64,000 bases of DNA from NCBI RefSeq assembly GCF_036971445.1, contig NC_091482.1, positions 20,026,001-20,090,000 on the forward strand, read 5' to 3'. A program made the translations under genes and the position numbers. This document shows positions 1 through 12,300 of this stretch, in pieces. Source of the stretch: Narcine bancroftii (taxonomy: Eukaryota). The stretch's first letter is position 1. Every line of letters begins with the position of its first letter. Under the pieces are notes generated by a model. It saw only the letters and a list, made by a program, of their open reading frames with translations, was not told the DNA's origin and made no database searches.

Positions 1-288
1 AATGGATAGATGGCATGTGGAAGTTCAGAGTTGTATTCCACGAGAAGGTTACATAATTTAAGAGATAAATACCATATATTTTGGAAATAATAGTGCCCAT
101 ATTTACAAAATGTGGATATTAATATTTAAATGAAGCTCAAAGATTCCCTTTCTCCTGTAGATCTCCATAATGTATCAAAAAGTGAAATATTCCTGATGTG
201 GTTCTTGTCCTGTTTTTTTTCTTTCTTGTGTGTAGGGGGTTGGTGGTGGTGGTGGGGGGGTGGTAGGGGTTTCTATTTTATTTTTTTG

Positions 289-320
<32 letters not shown>

Positions 321-385
321 TATTGGGGTTGAATTTGAAATATTGAAAAAGTTTATTTTAATTTTTAAATAAAGTATATTAAAAT
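1..385 (+). mobile_element. Degraded 3' end of an L1/Tx1-like LINE
   Basis: Resembles the ORF2 C-terminus (W..E...CIP.E....L) of the other L1 copies here, followed by a G-rich 3' UTR and an A-rich end. Confidence 0.5.
289..321. repeat. (TA)n(CA)n compound microsatellite
   Basis: Read directly. Confidence 0.9.
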
Positions 386-1039
386 GATGACAGGTAATTT
401 ATATACTCAAGGATATAACACATTGCTTGTTAGATGTCCCTGTAAAGCAAAATGGAGTAGTTTTTTTCTCCCTTCTTTCTACTTCCCAGTTTGTTGGGTC
501 ACTTTTGGTACATCATCCTTAAACCCATCTGAGATCTGGTAATTCAGTATTTAATGGGGAATCATCTGCAAAATTAATCAGCTCAAAGAGAGAGTTTGTA
601 TGAACAAATGATGAAATAAGAATATTTGTTAGCACAGAACACATGGCCTTAAATAGCAATAGTTAAGTGTAGGGTTAAAACACGAAAGTCTGCAGACACC
701 GTGGTTGAAGTAAAAAAGCAAATCTGGAGAATAATTTAGTAGGAAATCTCTTGGGTATTATTAATATAGAAGTTTGAGGAATTAAATGCAAGGGTTGTAC
801 ATCATAAAAAAAATAAGCCTTGTGCATGGTTAATTAAGTTCTTAATTTTAAGACACTGAGCTTGAAGAAAGAAAATTTTAATATTGAAATTTAAGAGATG
901 AATGTTTCCTTCCTTACTTTATACAAGACTGAGGTTTCAGGATGGATGATAAAAAAGTTTTAATATCCCCAAACAAAATTACTAATATTTAGATTTTAAA
1001 GGTCTTCAAATAAATTTGAGAAATTCAAGGTTGATGCTA

Positions 1040-2690
1040 CTTGATAAACCAGTAAATCATGTCAATGGCAGGGGGTGGGGATAGCAGACCCCAGTGATCC
1101 TCTCTGGTGGTCTGCCAAATTGACCTCTGGTTTGCTGCTCCACAGCATTCATACCACATTGTGATGCATCCAGCCACGATGCTCTCATAGACAGGTAGCC
1201 TTTCCTGCCAGTCTTCTCAGGAAGTGCAGTCAATGTTGCACCTTCCTGCCAAATGAGAACATGTTGTCTGTCCAGGATAGGTCACTTCTTAAGTGGACTC
1301 TGAGGAACATGGTGCTCTCTACTCTCTCCACTACTGAGCTATTAATGTGTAGTGAAGGGTGATCATTACTGGTCCTCCTGAAGTTCACAATCACCTCCTT
1401 TGTCTTGTCCACATTGAGACTTAGGTTGTTGTCTTACACCACATCATGAGATTTTCTCTGTAGCGTGACTCGTCACTGTTGCTGATGAGGCCAACTACTG
1501 TCGTGTCATTTGCAAATGATGATTCTGTTAGAGCTGGATCTGGCGTTGCAGTCATGGGTTAGTAGCATGAACAAGGGTGAAAACACAACCCTGAGGTGCA
1601 CCAGTGGTCAATGTGATGGTGCTCAACATTCTGCTGCCAACCCCGCCATAGGGTTGTCTTTCCATTATTAAGTCCACAATCCAGTGACAGAGAGAGGTTT
1701 TGAGTCCCAGCAAGGACAGCTTCTCCACGAGCCTCTGGGGTAATGATCACATTAAATGCCAAGCTGAAGCTAATGAACAGCAGTCTGGTGTAGGAGATGT
1801 TGTTCTCCAGCTGGGACAGAATGAAGCGGAGCAGTTCCATCTGTAAGCGAATCAAAATGGATCCAGCATCTCAAGGTGGTGCACTTTGATGTGTTCCATC
1901 TATAGATGCTCGAATTATTTCGTACTGGTGGAGGTCAGTGCCACTGGGTGTTAGTCATTGAGGCCTGTTAGTGTCATCCTCTTTAGTACCAAGATATGCT
2001 GGCCATCTTGAAACCCGCTGGGACGATGGACTGCTATAATGACATGTTGAAGTTGTAAGGACCTCCATCAATTGGTCTGAACAGTCCTTCAGTACCCGAC
2101 TAGATGTTGTCTGGTACTGCTTCTTTGTGTATTCACCTTGTACAGGTTTTTTTCTCACTTCGGTCACAGCAATGCAAGGGGCCCATTCACCAGGGAGAGA
2201 CAATGTTCAGTTTGTCCGGAAGGGAGGTGTTGTTGACCTTGACTTCCAAGGTTGTCTTGTAGTCTGTTATAGTTTTGATACCTTGTGTCGGCAGAATCTC
2301 ACAGTTGTCTATGGATTTTCTGTGTATCCCCACACTTTGCCTTCAAGATTGCATGGGAGAATTCAACACTGGCTGATCAGAGTGCCATATTGTCTTCTGA
2401 CCTGGAGGCACCATCACGATATCTGAGAAATACAAGGACATCTGTGTCCAACCATAGTTTCTGGTTAACCCTGATTGTATAGCATATGACGTTTATGTGG
2501 CTGCTTCTGTGAAACCAATCCAGTCTGTGGCCTCGAGCAGTCCTGTAGTGTTGCAGTGTTTCCCCCCACCACAATCCAATCACATCCTGATCTCCTTGCA
2601 AACTTTGTTTATTTTTCCAGTGGTCTATGTGTAAAAGTTGAGAGTCCTCCGAAACATGGTGCCCATCAGCAATGTGTGCACGTATGCATT
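1040..2690 (-). mobile_element. Degraded Rex/Babar-type (L2/CR1 group) LINE reverse transcriptase
   Basis: Fragments YTRLLFISFSLAFNVI and KTKEVIVNFRR...VERVE..FL.VHL..DLSW, with frameshifts. Confidence 0.8.
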
Positions 2691-4229
2691 GATCTTAGAC
2701 TGAAAAATGTGGAAATACCACACCCAAATCAACTTTCACAACATTCATAATATGGGGTGGAGCTTCACCTTTTGTCAATTGAGTAAATGAATTTAAGTTT
2801 TTGAATATGTTTTTAATTCTGGTGACTCTAAAATAAAATAGGGTCATAAAATTTACATTTTACACAAATCTATAGGTAGTCAAACAACATGGTGTCAATT
2901 ATTTGAGGCTGTTATACTTTTGGTTTGTGTCCAAAAGCATAGGTTCAAACTGAGACTTGAACGTAAAATACTGTTTCATTTCAGTCCTGTTACTGGAGCA
3001 GAGAGAAACACGATAGATAGACTGCAGATGCTGTGATTGTAGTAAAGTTACTGAAATGCTGGGGGAGCTCAGCATATAGAATCTTTTTGTCCATTGTTTG
3101 ATGATGATTACCCTTTACTTTTCTGGAGTGATATAAAAGTTCCCACAGCACTATTTGAAGAGTAGGATATTTTTCTCACCAACATTTATCTTTCAGCCAT
3201 CATTATTGATCATGGTTATCAGATACCCGTTTCCACATTTATAAAAATATACTAAAAATGGTTTTAAAAAGTAAAAGCTAATTCAAACACAAAATGTATG
3301 AAGTAATATAAAGTAAAGCAAAACACCTGCAACTCATCTTCCATCTCACCTCCAAAAACTGCACCATACTGTAATTGAAATTTTGGACAGCATGATGCTG
3401 GAGAATCCCAGCAAGATTGTGATCTGTCTTTAGATTCCAAGATGACTCCAGGAGTAGGATGAATTGGTAAATTTGGACGCTCCCCTTCAACCCCCCAACA
3501 ATGTACACCAAAGCCCCTGAATTACTTCAATATGAATGTCTGAACATTGAATATTCCCTGTGGTCCTGCAGCCACATCTTAACATGCTCAAACCATTATT
3601 ATAAATATATAAAATGTGGAGATTTTCAACAAAGAGAAGACATTTAGCCTTGCATTTTCATGCCAGCCAGTAAATGAAGTAGTTAAGGTAACTCAGCAAG
3701 TTCACTCTCCGTTGCTTGCCTTTTATTTCACGCGGGTGCTCCTGAAATGATATATTGATTTCTGCCTCCAGTTTCAGGCCCCCACTGAGGTAAAAAAAAT
3801 TCACAACTCCTCTCAATTCCATCAATTAATACAAATTTATGTCCCCTGGTTATTAACCTCATTTCTAGGTTAAATTGGTTCTTTCCTTTCACCCCTCTAG
3901 GCCTTTAATAATTATAAATACTTTAATTGAATATTCCCCCCCCCCGCCTCTTTATTCCACACGACTGAAATACTGCAGTCCTGGCAACTTCCTAGAAATC
4001 TCCTCTGTACACTCCACTGCACCCACACCCTTTCTGTTCAAAGCACGAAATTCTGCAGTTGGGGATGTAGAAGCCATAATATTGAATTGCCCATTTGGCC
4101 ATTCTAGCCTACTCCACCATTTAGTATTATTATATATTTTTATGGCACACTCATCATACTATTTGAAGCCCTCTATGTCTACAAAGACACTTTTACACCA
4201 AAAGGTACTCTATAGCAAACAACACTTTG

Positions 4230-4455
4230 TATTTTTATTGTAGTAATTGAAAAAGATATTGCAACCAATTTGTGCAGAGCATGCTACCAGAAGCTAGGAG
4301 GTAATGACTAAAGAATTGGCCAAGACACTGGAGTTTACCTTTCTGCTCTTCTTCAGAATTGTGCCATTGGGTTGTTTACATCCACCTGAGAGAACAAGTA
4401 GGGTCTGGGCATAAAACTCCATCTGAAAGTTGACACCTCCAATAGTTCAGAATTT
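4230..4455 (-). mobile_element. DeuSINE (SacSINE1/AmnSINE1-like) core
   Basis: Reverse complement reads ggaggtgtc..tttcagatg...tctcaggtggatgtaaa.aacccaatggcac.att.tgaagaagagcag...tcttggccaat, which resembles the Deu domain (recognised from memory). Confidence 0.6.
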
Positions 4456-6769
4456 CGTCACTTCTGTACAGGAGAGCCATCTTTAAAAAACGTGTATGGG
4501 TCCTTTAGATCCAAAGGCAAACATGCCATCAACCAAGTGATTACATTTTCTAGGAAATTAGAGATACATTTAATGGTAATTATAAAAACATTGCATTTAT
4601 ACAAGTAACCCATCGCAGAATCAAGTCTAAACATACTTTTTGATTTGTCACTGTTATGTTGTATAGCAACCAACTTAAACACCGTCACTAAAAGCAATGA
4701 GATAAATGTTCCAACATTAGTTTTAGAATATACTACTAGATGGGGTTTCAATTACAACCTTTAGGCTCAGACGAGTTATAACGGAGAGCTTAAATGTATA
4801 ATGCACTAATTCACTGTGCTGTAAGAAAAGGTAAGCTTCTAAACTACTCAAAAATGCTCTCTGGCTCAGATATCTGAGAAGATATGTTTGGGTGGGAGCA
4901 GGGAGATGCTATCTCAAACTAGGAAGAGAGGAGTGAGTGCAGCTAAAACATAGGATTAGGTTATAGAATCAGATGCTGATGAAGAACTGAAGAAAACCTT
5001 TTGGTTCAATATGCTCATTCTAAAGGGATTAGTGTATCAAATTACTCACCGGTAAAATATAGAAGACCAATGTGACCCATTATACTTCTTTCCTCCAAAA
5101 GCCACATTTTCCCTCAAATTTCTAACCAATTCTCTTCCAGAGAGTATCTTCTTTCATCATCCTTCATCAGTGCATTTCGGATCACAACACACTGCATAAG
5201 AGTGCATCTTCATGTCACAAGTTGACTTACCAACTAATATAAATCTGTGTTTACCATCAAGAAATATAGATGTGCACACATTTTTATCTCCTTGAATATA
5301 TTTAACGATTTTCCTCCATTGTCAGCACATTCCACAAGTTCACTAGCTTCTGGGTGAAGGAATTTCTTAATCTTTAAAAGTTATACCATGTGACCCTTGG
5401 ATCTGTTCTCTGGCTATCAAAAATGTCCTCCCTCTCCACACCTCTCAAATGCACTTTCATTTGTATCCATAAAAGACTATTCCAATTTTAGCCTTACATT
5501 TGTCATATTTCTCTCATTTGATTATTTTTTTATTTCTCTAGTCACGAAGGAAGGTATAGTTTTTTTTAAAAAAAAATCCTTTTTGTCTTTGAGAATATGT
5601 CCACTTTATGCCCAATACTATGTCCTCTTAGATGGTCTTACCTTGCTCAATTACTGGGTCAAATTTTTTTTCAACTCCTTAAGATTAACTGTGGGTGGAC
5701 ATTAAAAAAAATTATATATGCATATATTATACACATATATAATTTAAAAAATAAACATCTTTCTCACATGTGGAAAGCAATCTTGGGTCAATGGCAGAGT
5801 GGAACATATTGGTTAGAGCAAGTTTTCAAATAGGTAGTTACTGCTGTGTCAAAATCCAGTTTTACTGCGGGGATAAGAAAGGGCTGCTTCACCTATTAAT
5901 CAGAGACCCTGTAAATGCAACATTATACATGGTAAACATGATTGAGAAATCTAGAATCAGGAATTAATGAAAGAAAACTTTTGACAAATCATTCTTAATT
6001 CTCTTTACTTCTGCAAGAACACGGTTTCATTTCTCATTGCCAATTCCTCTGCTGTTTTGTTTGCTTTGATGATGAAATATTCCAAGTCTCTAGCAAGTGT
6101 TCATTCTTCCTGAACTGTGCATCTCATCTATTTTCCTCACCACTGCTCACACCTTTCTCTTTGAGCAGAAGAATTCCTTGTTGCCCACTTTCAATGATCA
6201 TCCTTCACAATTTCTGGAAGCTGCAACAAGATTCTATCTCCCCTCTCTTCAATATTTCAAGGGATTCACAATGCCATGGTCCAATCTTTTTCATGCATCT
6301 GCAGGGGATGCACCACTTGTCCTTTCACCTCTTCTTGTGATTACAAGGACATCCTTACCAGATGAAGCAGCAATTTCTTTTCTGTGATATTCACAATGTG
6401 GCTTCCTTTCTTTTGAATACTTTATTTATAAAGTATCAGTTACATTACATTCAGTTCTAGAAATTGTTTAAAAAAAAATTATACATATGGAATATATCAT
6501 CCCACTCCACCAACCCACCCTCCCATCTCCAATCCCCCTCCCCTAAAAAGGAGAAAATAAGAAGAAAATCCAGAGATGCCAAGAAAATAAAACATTTATA
6601 CAATAGTCTATTGGAGGTTACCAAGAAGTGAGGTCTTCAGAGAGCCAATTAAACATGCAAACCAAAATTTTTGAAAATATTGAGCCCATATTCACAAAAA
6701 CATATGTCTCTAATGGTATACAACTACGAAGTTCTGCATGCCATCTTTACAATGTGGCTTCCTTTATGT

Positions 6770-7320
6770 GGAAGAAATCTAATGCAAATCAGGCAACTGC
6801 TTCAGAGTTCCTGAGACCAGTTCGCAGGAGTGACCCTTAGCTTCAGGTTGCCTGCCATTTTAATATACATCCCTCTCCCACTCTGACCTTTATCTCTATC
6901 CTTTTACTGTACACCAAGGTCCAGATGTTCCATCTAGGCACTTTGCGGTCTTCAGGGCACAACCTAGGATTCTCCAACTTCAATTAACTTGCCCTTGCTT
7001 TCTGTGTCAGAATTGGCCATTTTTCCCTGCTACCATTCTGAGTCCTTTTACTTTGTAAAGTCCAGCCTGCCAGGTATGTCCTCACTGTAAACAATAGATA
7101 AAGCAGCTTTATCTGAACTAACTGTCACACGAGGTCCCTGGTGTCACCCACTAAGAAACATTCTTTTTTCCACATATCCCCCTTCCTCACCTTCTCTGCC
7201 ACTTCATCCAACTTATTTTTCTCATTCCCAATTCCAATGTACAATTTGAGACCAGAAAAGTCAACTCTTTCTTTTTCCATAGATGCTGCCTCCTGAGTCG
7301 TTCCAGCACTTTCTGGTTTT
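6770..7320 (+). mobile_element. Penelope-like element 3' fragment (GIY-YIG C-terminus plus terminal region)
   Basis: Degenerate VACHFN..SHSDL...LGTL..FSNF coding remnant, followed by the common gatgctgcct..ctgagt..tccagca terminal segment. Confidence 0.5.
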
Positions 7321-8466
7321 TTTTTTGCTTTTCACAAATATTTTTGTCCTGTATTTGTTGTTTTGAAATTAGGGCGATTCCTTTACCAGTATGTAAAAGG
7401 GTATTATGTAAACTGGAGGGGTCGTCTAAGTAAATGTTACATTTTCTTTGTAAAGTTTTGGCCAATGCAGTAAGGAAATTAATTCTCCGTCTTAGTTTCA
7501 TATACCAATCTGGATTGAAAAGCTACACCAGATTTCAGCTTTGTACCACATTGCTTCACAGTCAGCTCCAAAAATTAAAAGCTTGGAACTTCTATAGAGT
7601 TTTGCCATTAATTCCCCATGACTTAAATGGAAAAAGTGGAGTGTATACCAGAACCATGTTCAAAGTTCAGATTTATTGTCAGAGTATATACATGAGATCA
7701 TATACAACACTGAGATTCTTTTCACATTGTACAATGTTCATTATATCATTTACAATATACAGTTCTTCCTCCATATTGTTACTCTATCTGCCAGTTGTGG
7801 CAAGTCATTAAATGTATCTATATACCCTTGCAGATTCTTTGCTTATTTCTCACAACTTTCTTTCCCACCTATCGTTTTATCAGGGCTGACATGGCCTGTT
7901 TCCGTGCTGTAAATGGTTATATGCAAATATACTCATCCTTTCTTCTTTGACATTAATAGATTATAAAGAGTTGAGGCCCCAGCAATGATCACTATACACC
8001 TCTTCTCCCTATAAAATTGATCTATCTCAATGCATTTTTATGTCAATCAGCCAATCTTGTCTTGCACTTCATGTGACTTCATGCACTGCACAGTAATCTA
8101 TCACGAGGCACCGAATCAAATACACCTTACCATTTTCCTATCAAAGAACTCGAATAACTCAATTTTTTTCATGAAACCATGCCAACTCTCTTGCTTATTT
8201 ATATTATGATTTTTTTTTTCACTACTTTTTTATTAGACTCCACCATTTTCTTAATAGTAGGCGTTAAACTATCGGTCTTGTAGTTTCTCAGTTCTTGAAT
8301 AGTGGAGATACATTTGCAGTATACCAATGGCGCTGGTAGCTTCCTGTTTTGAAGGACATACCTTGTGTACTGTATCCTGTCTCTGTGGCAACGTTTTACA
8401 AATCCTGGAGTAGGTCACCAGGTCTTGGAACTCTGTCAAGCAATATCTTTTTTGTTTTAAATTCCA

Positions 8467-8666
8467 NNNNNNNNNNNNNNNNNNNNNNNNNNNNNNNNNN
8501 NNNNNNNNNNNNNNNNNNNNNNNNNNNNNNNNNNNNNNNNNNNNNNNNNNNNNNNNNNNNNNNNNNNNNNNNNNNNNNNNNNNNNNNNNNNNNNNNNNNN
8601 NNNNNNNNNNNNNNNNNNNNNNNNNNNNNNNNNNNNNNNNNNNNNNNNNNNNNNNNNNNNNNNNNN
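8467..8666. other. Assembly gap (200 N)
   Basis: Run of N; the round size suggests a placeholder of unknown length. Confidence 0.99.
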
Positions 8667-8937
8667 TTCCAGTTTCACTGCAGCTGCCACCACCTACTCC
8701 TGTCTTGGCGCAACTATCACTGGTGAACTGGGGCAGGGCGCTCAGGGAGCCTTCCTTCCTTCCTTCCCCACCCCCCAGACACCTCACCTCAATCACAACG
8801 AGTTGCCGGATGGCTCCGCCTTGAAATGGAGGCCGATTGAGCCCCCGCCGCCGTTGACCTGTGAGACACGCAGCGCTGGAACCTGCATTCACCCCCTACA
8901 GAGCCGACGCTGGGGTGAAAGGTGAAGAATGACGCGA

Positions 8938-9144
8938 CGGCGGGCAGATCTCGCGAGATCGGGGGCGGGGCCCGGCGGCAGATCTCGTGAGGTCGGGGGC
9001 GGGGCCCGGCGGGCAGATCTCGAGAGGTGGGGCGGGGCCCGGCGGGCAGATCTCGTGAGGTCGGGGACGGGGCCCGGCGGGCAGATCTCGTGAGGTCGGG
9101 GGCGGGCCCGACGGGCAGATCTCGCGAGATCGGGGGCGGGCGGG
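8938..9144. repeat. Promoter minisatellite, 6 units of about 33-35 bp (CGGCGGGCAGATCTCGCGAGATCGGGGGCGGGGCC consensus)
   Basis: Six tandem units read directly. Confidence 0.92.
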
Positions 9145-9285
9145 AGCGCGTCCTTCAGGACGGTTTGAATCTGCAAGCGGCGGAGGGGAGATCGGATGAG
9201 CTCTCCTTAGGCAGTCAGAACCACGGTGTTGTGGGGCGGTGAGGACTTTCGGGCCCGACTGGCCGTCTACAACGCGAAATGAAGC

Positions 9286-9300
9286 ATGGCATCGCGCCAG
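9286..9300 (+). CDS. MYO19: MYO19 coding exon 1 (MASRQ)
   Basis: agcATGGCATCGCGCCAG|gtaaag within the CpG island; phase 0 matches exon 2; resembles the short human N-terminal MLQQ segment. Confidence 0.75.
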
Positions 9301-12300
9301 GTAAAGGGGGAGACGGAGAGGGAGAGAGGGTGGGGGGAGAGGGAAGAGAGGGGGGGGGGAGAGGGAGAGAGAGAGAGAGGGGGGAGGAGAGAGGAGAGAG
9401 GGGGGNNNNNNNNNNNNNNNNNNNNNNNNNNNNNNNNNNNNNNNNNNNNNNNNNNNNNNNNNNNNNNNNNNNNNNNNNNNNNNNNNNNNNNNNNNNNNNN
9501 NNNNNNNNNNNNNNNNNNNNNNNNNNNNNNNNNNNNNNNNNNNNNNNNNNNNNNNNNNNNNNNNNNNNNNNNNNNNNNNNNNNNNNNNNNNNNNNNNNNN
9601 NNNNNNNNNNNNNNNNNNNNNNAGAGAGAGGGGGAGAGGAGAGAGAGGGGGAGAGAGAGAGAGAGGGGGGAGAGAGAGAGAGGGGGGGAGAGGGAGAGAG
9701 GGGGGAGAGGAGAGAGAGGGAGGGGAGAGGGAGGGGGGGGAGAGAGGAGGGAGGGGGGAGAAGGGGGGGAGAGAGAGGAGGAGGGAGAAGGGGGGAGAGG
9801 GAGGGGGGAGAAGGGGGGGAGAGGGAGGGGGGAGAGGGAGGGGGAGAGAGGGGGAGGGAGGAGGGGAGAGAGGGAGGGGGAGGAGGGGGAGAGAGGGAGG
9901 GGGAGGAGGGGGGAGAGAGGGGGGAGAAGGGGGGGAGAGAGGGGGGAGAAGGGGGGAGAAAGGAGAGGAGGAGGGGTGAGAGGGGAGGAGAGGGGGGGGG
10001 GGTCTCCTGGACGAGGCACCGTTTTCCTGTAGGAGCCATGACCATCAAAGGGGCGATGTCACCATGTGCGGGGTCACACGCTCTCAGTCTGCAAAGCAAA
10101 TGGAGGAAGGCTGCTGCGGTGATAGGTTTCCTCAATTGTATAGAGTTATTGTTGGCTGCTGTATATATTGGAGCTGGCCCGCCCATGGATGACTCCTCCC
10201 GCGATCCTGGGTCAGAAAGGTCAGGCCACCTGCTCGTTCTGGCCATTCCTATACCTGGATCCGGCCTGGCAAGGTTCTTCTGTATATTAAAGCCCTAAGT
10301 TTAGTCTCTGGTTACTGGTAGTGTATATCTTTTTTTGAAGTGTAGTTTAAGAGAGTTGGGTGGTTTGGGATTTAAACAAATGTGAGTAATACCTGGGGAT
10401 TTGAACTTGACTCTCTTTGCTGAGTGTCTTTTAAGCTGTTGATTCTTGAAAGGGACCTTGCCGTGTCCAATTACAGACCAATCAATCCAATCTGACTGCG
10501 GTTCTACAGTGCCCTCCACTTTTTTTCCTTTACTTGCTCCATCCTTTTCAATTTGTAATCAAACCATTTACATGTAATTAAAGTGCACATTTTAAATTGT
10601 ATTCAAGATCATTTGTGTACATTTTAGATTGACCATGTAGAAATTGCAGCTCTTTATATACATAGTCCTCTCATTTCAGGGCACCACAATATTGGGACAT
10701 TTGGCTTTACAAGTGTTTGTGAGTACTCGAGTATGTTTACTTGCTTCGTTGGTGGGTATAAGGCTTTTGTTCCCCTTTGGAATCTGTAGTTGCTATTTTT
10801 CAACATGAGGACCAGAGTTGTGACAAAGATGGTCAAGGAAGCCATTATGAGGCTGAAAAACCAGAATAAAACAGTAAGAAACATCACCAAACTTTGGAAT
10901 GATCAAAATCAACAGTTTGGAACATCGTTAAGAAGAAAAAAACATACTGGTAAGTTCAGTAAGAGTGTTCTGGTGAGCTCAGTAATCGTAAAGGGACTGG
11001 TATGCCAAGGAAGACCTCCATTGCTGATGACAAAGGTGTTATCATAATTCCCCAAGTGCATGTCCTACAGATCAGATGCACTCTTCAGGAGTGTAATGTG
11101 CGTCGAAAGAACCAAAGACTTGTTGATCCAAACCAAGGCTTTTATTAACTAAAAGACTGGAGCATATCACAAGTAGGTCGACCAGTCCAGAATGACCTGG
11201 TCCGGGTAGGAGCAATCCTTTAAGACCTGCCAGTAGGTGTGGCTACACTCTCAGCCAATCACAGTCTTCCTACACTACCATCTTGGTGATAGAATCTGTA
11301 CTATCACAAGGAGGAAGGTGTGGATGTATGAATGACTATTGTCTGCAGAAGACTTCATGAACAGAAATACAGAAGCTTCACAGGCTCTTTTCAATACTTG
11401 GCAAACTAATTTGTCCATCCACTCTGTGGCTAACTAGTGGTTTGCATCTTGAAGCTCTCTATTTCTGTTCATGAAGTCTTCTGCAACAATGGTGCTTACC
11501 AATATGCACTTTCTTCCTACTGATGCTCCAAACTGTTGATTTTGATCATCCTAAGGTGTGGGTGATATCTATTACTGTTTTATTCTTGGTTTTCAGCCTC
11601 ATAATAGCTTCTTTGACCTTCATTGGCACAACACTGGTCCTCATGTTGCAAAATAGCAACTATAGAATCCAAAGGTGATGAAAAGCTCAGAAGTGAGCCT
11701 AATTCTCTTATATCTGCACCAACGAAGCAATTAAACATACCTGAGTATCACAGACACCTGTGAAACCAAATGTCCCAAACATTATGATGCCCTGAAATGA
11801 GAGGACTATGTATAGAAAGTGCTGTAATTTCTACATGGTCAATCTAAAATGTATACAAATAATCTTGAATAAAATCTGGAATATTCACTTTAATTACATG
11901 TGAATTGCTTGATTACAAACTGAAAACTGTGTCTGTGTTCCAAACATTATGGAAGGTACTGTATATTGCCTCTAGTTGCAGTTATGTTGGCAAATAAGAC
12001 AAATTGTGCATATTAATTCTTTTGAACAAGACATCAAGAGTATGTAATTGAATAGGGAATAATTTAGAGGTCATAAAATTTTATATGAACTTTTTTAGCC
12101 ATTTTGAACACTTTTAGGGGCATATTCCAATTTACTTTCCTTCTAATTTATAAATGCAGTATTTTGTTTGGTTGGAGTAAATCAAAACTTTGGTGGTGGG
12201 AGGGGGGTGGCAGTATTTTGTGTGTCCCTCAACTTTGCAGAGCATCCTTTTTGTTAGATATTGCGGTATGTTGTTAAACACTGATTTAAAAAAAAAAGAT

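Larger units (their letters stand above)
8700..9300. promoter_or_regulatory. CpG island / MYO19 promoter, probably bidirectional
   Basis: Abrupt GC- and CpG-rich segment in AT-rich DNA; several GGGGCGGGGC boxes and TCTCGCGAGA palindromes; directly upstream of the MYO19 ATG exon. Confidence 0.85.

Noticed and set aside
1-8466. PIGW coding exon expected from human synteny
   Set aside because: No long ORF or PIGW-like peptide is visible; only repeat relics.
8938-9144. CRISPR-like palindromic repeats
   Set aside because: Units are directly tandem with no unique spacers; explained as a promoter minisatellite.
9215-10298. Pro/Ser-rich and Gly/Glu/Arg-rich ORFs of 248-343 aa
   Set aside because: Low-complexity GA tract plus an N gap; only MASRQ is supported as coding.
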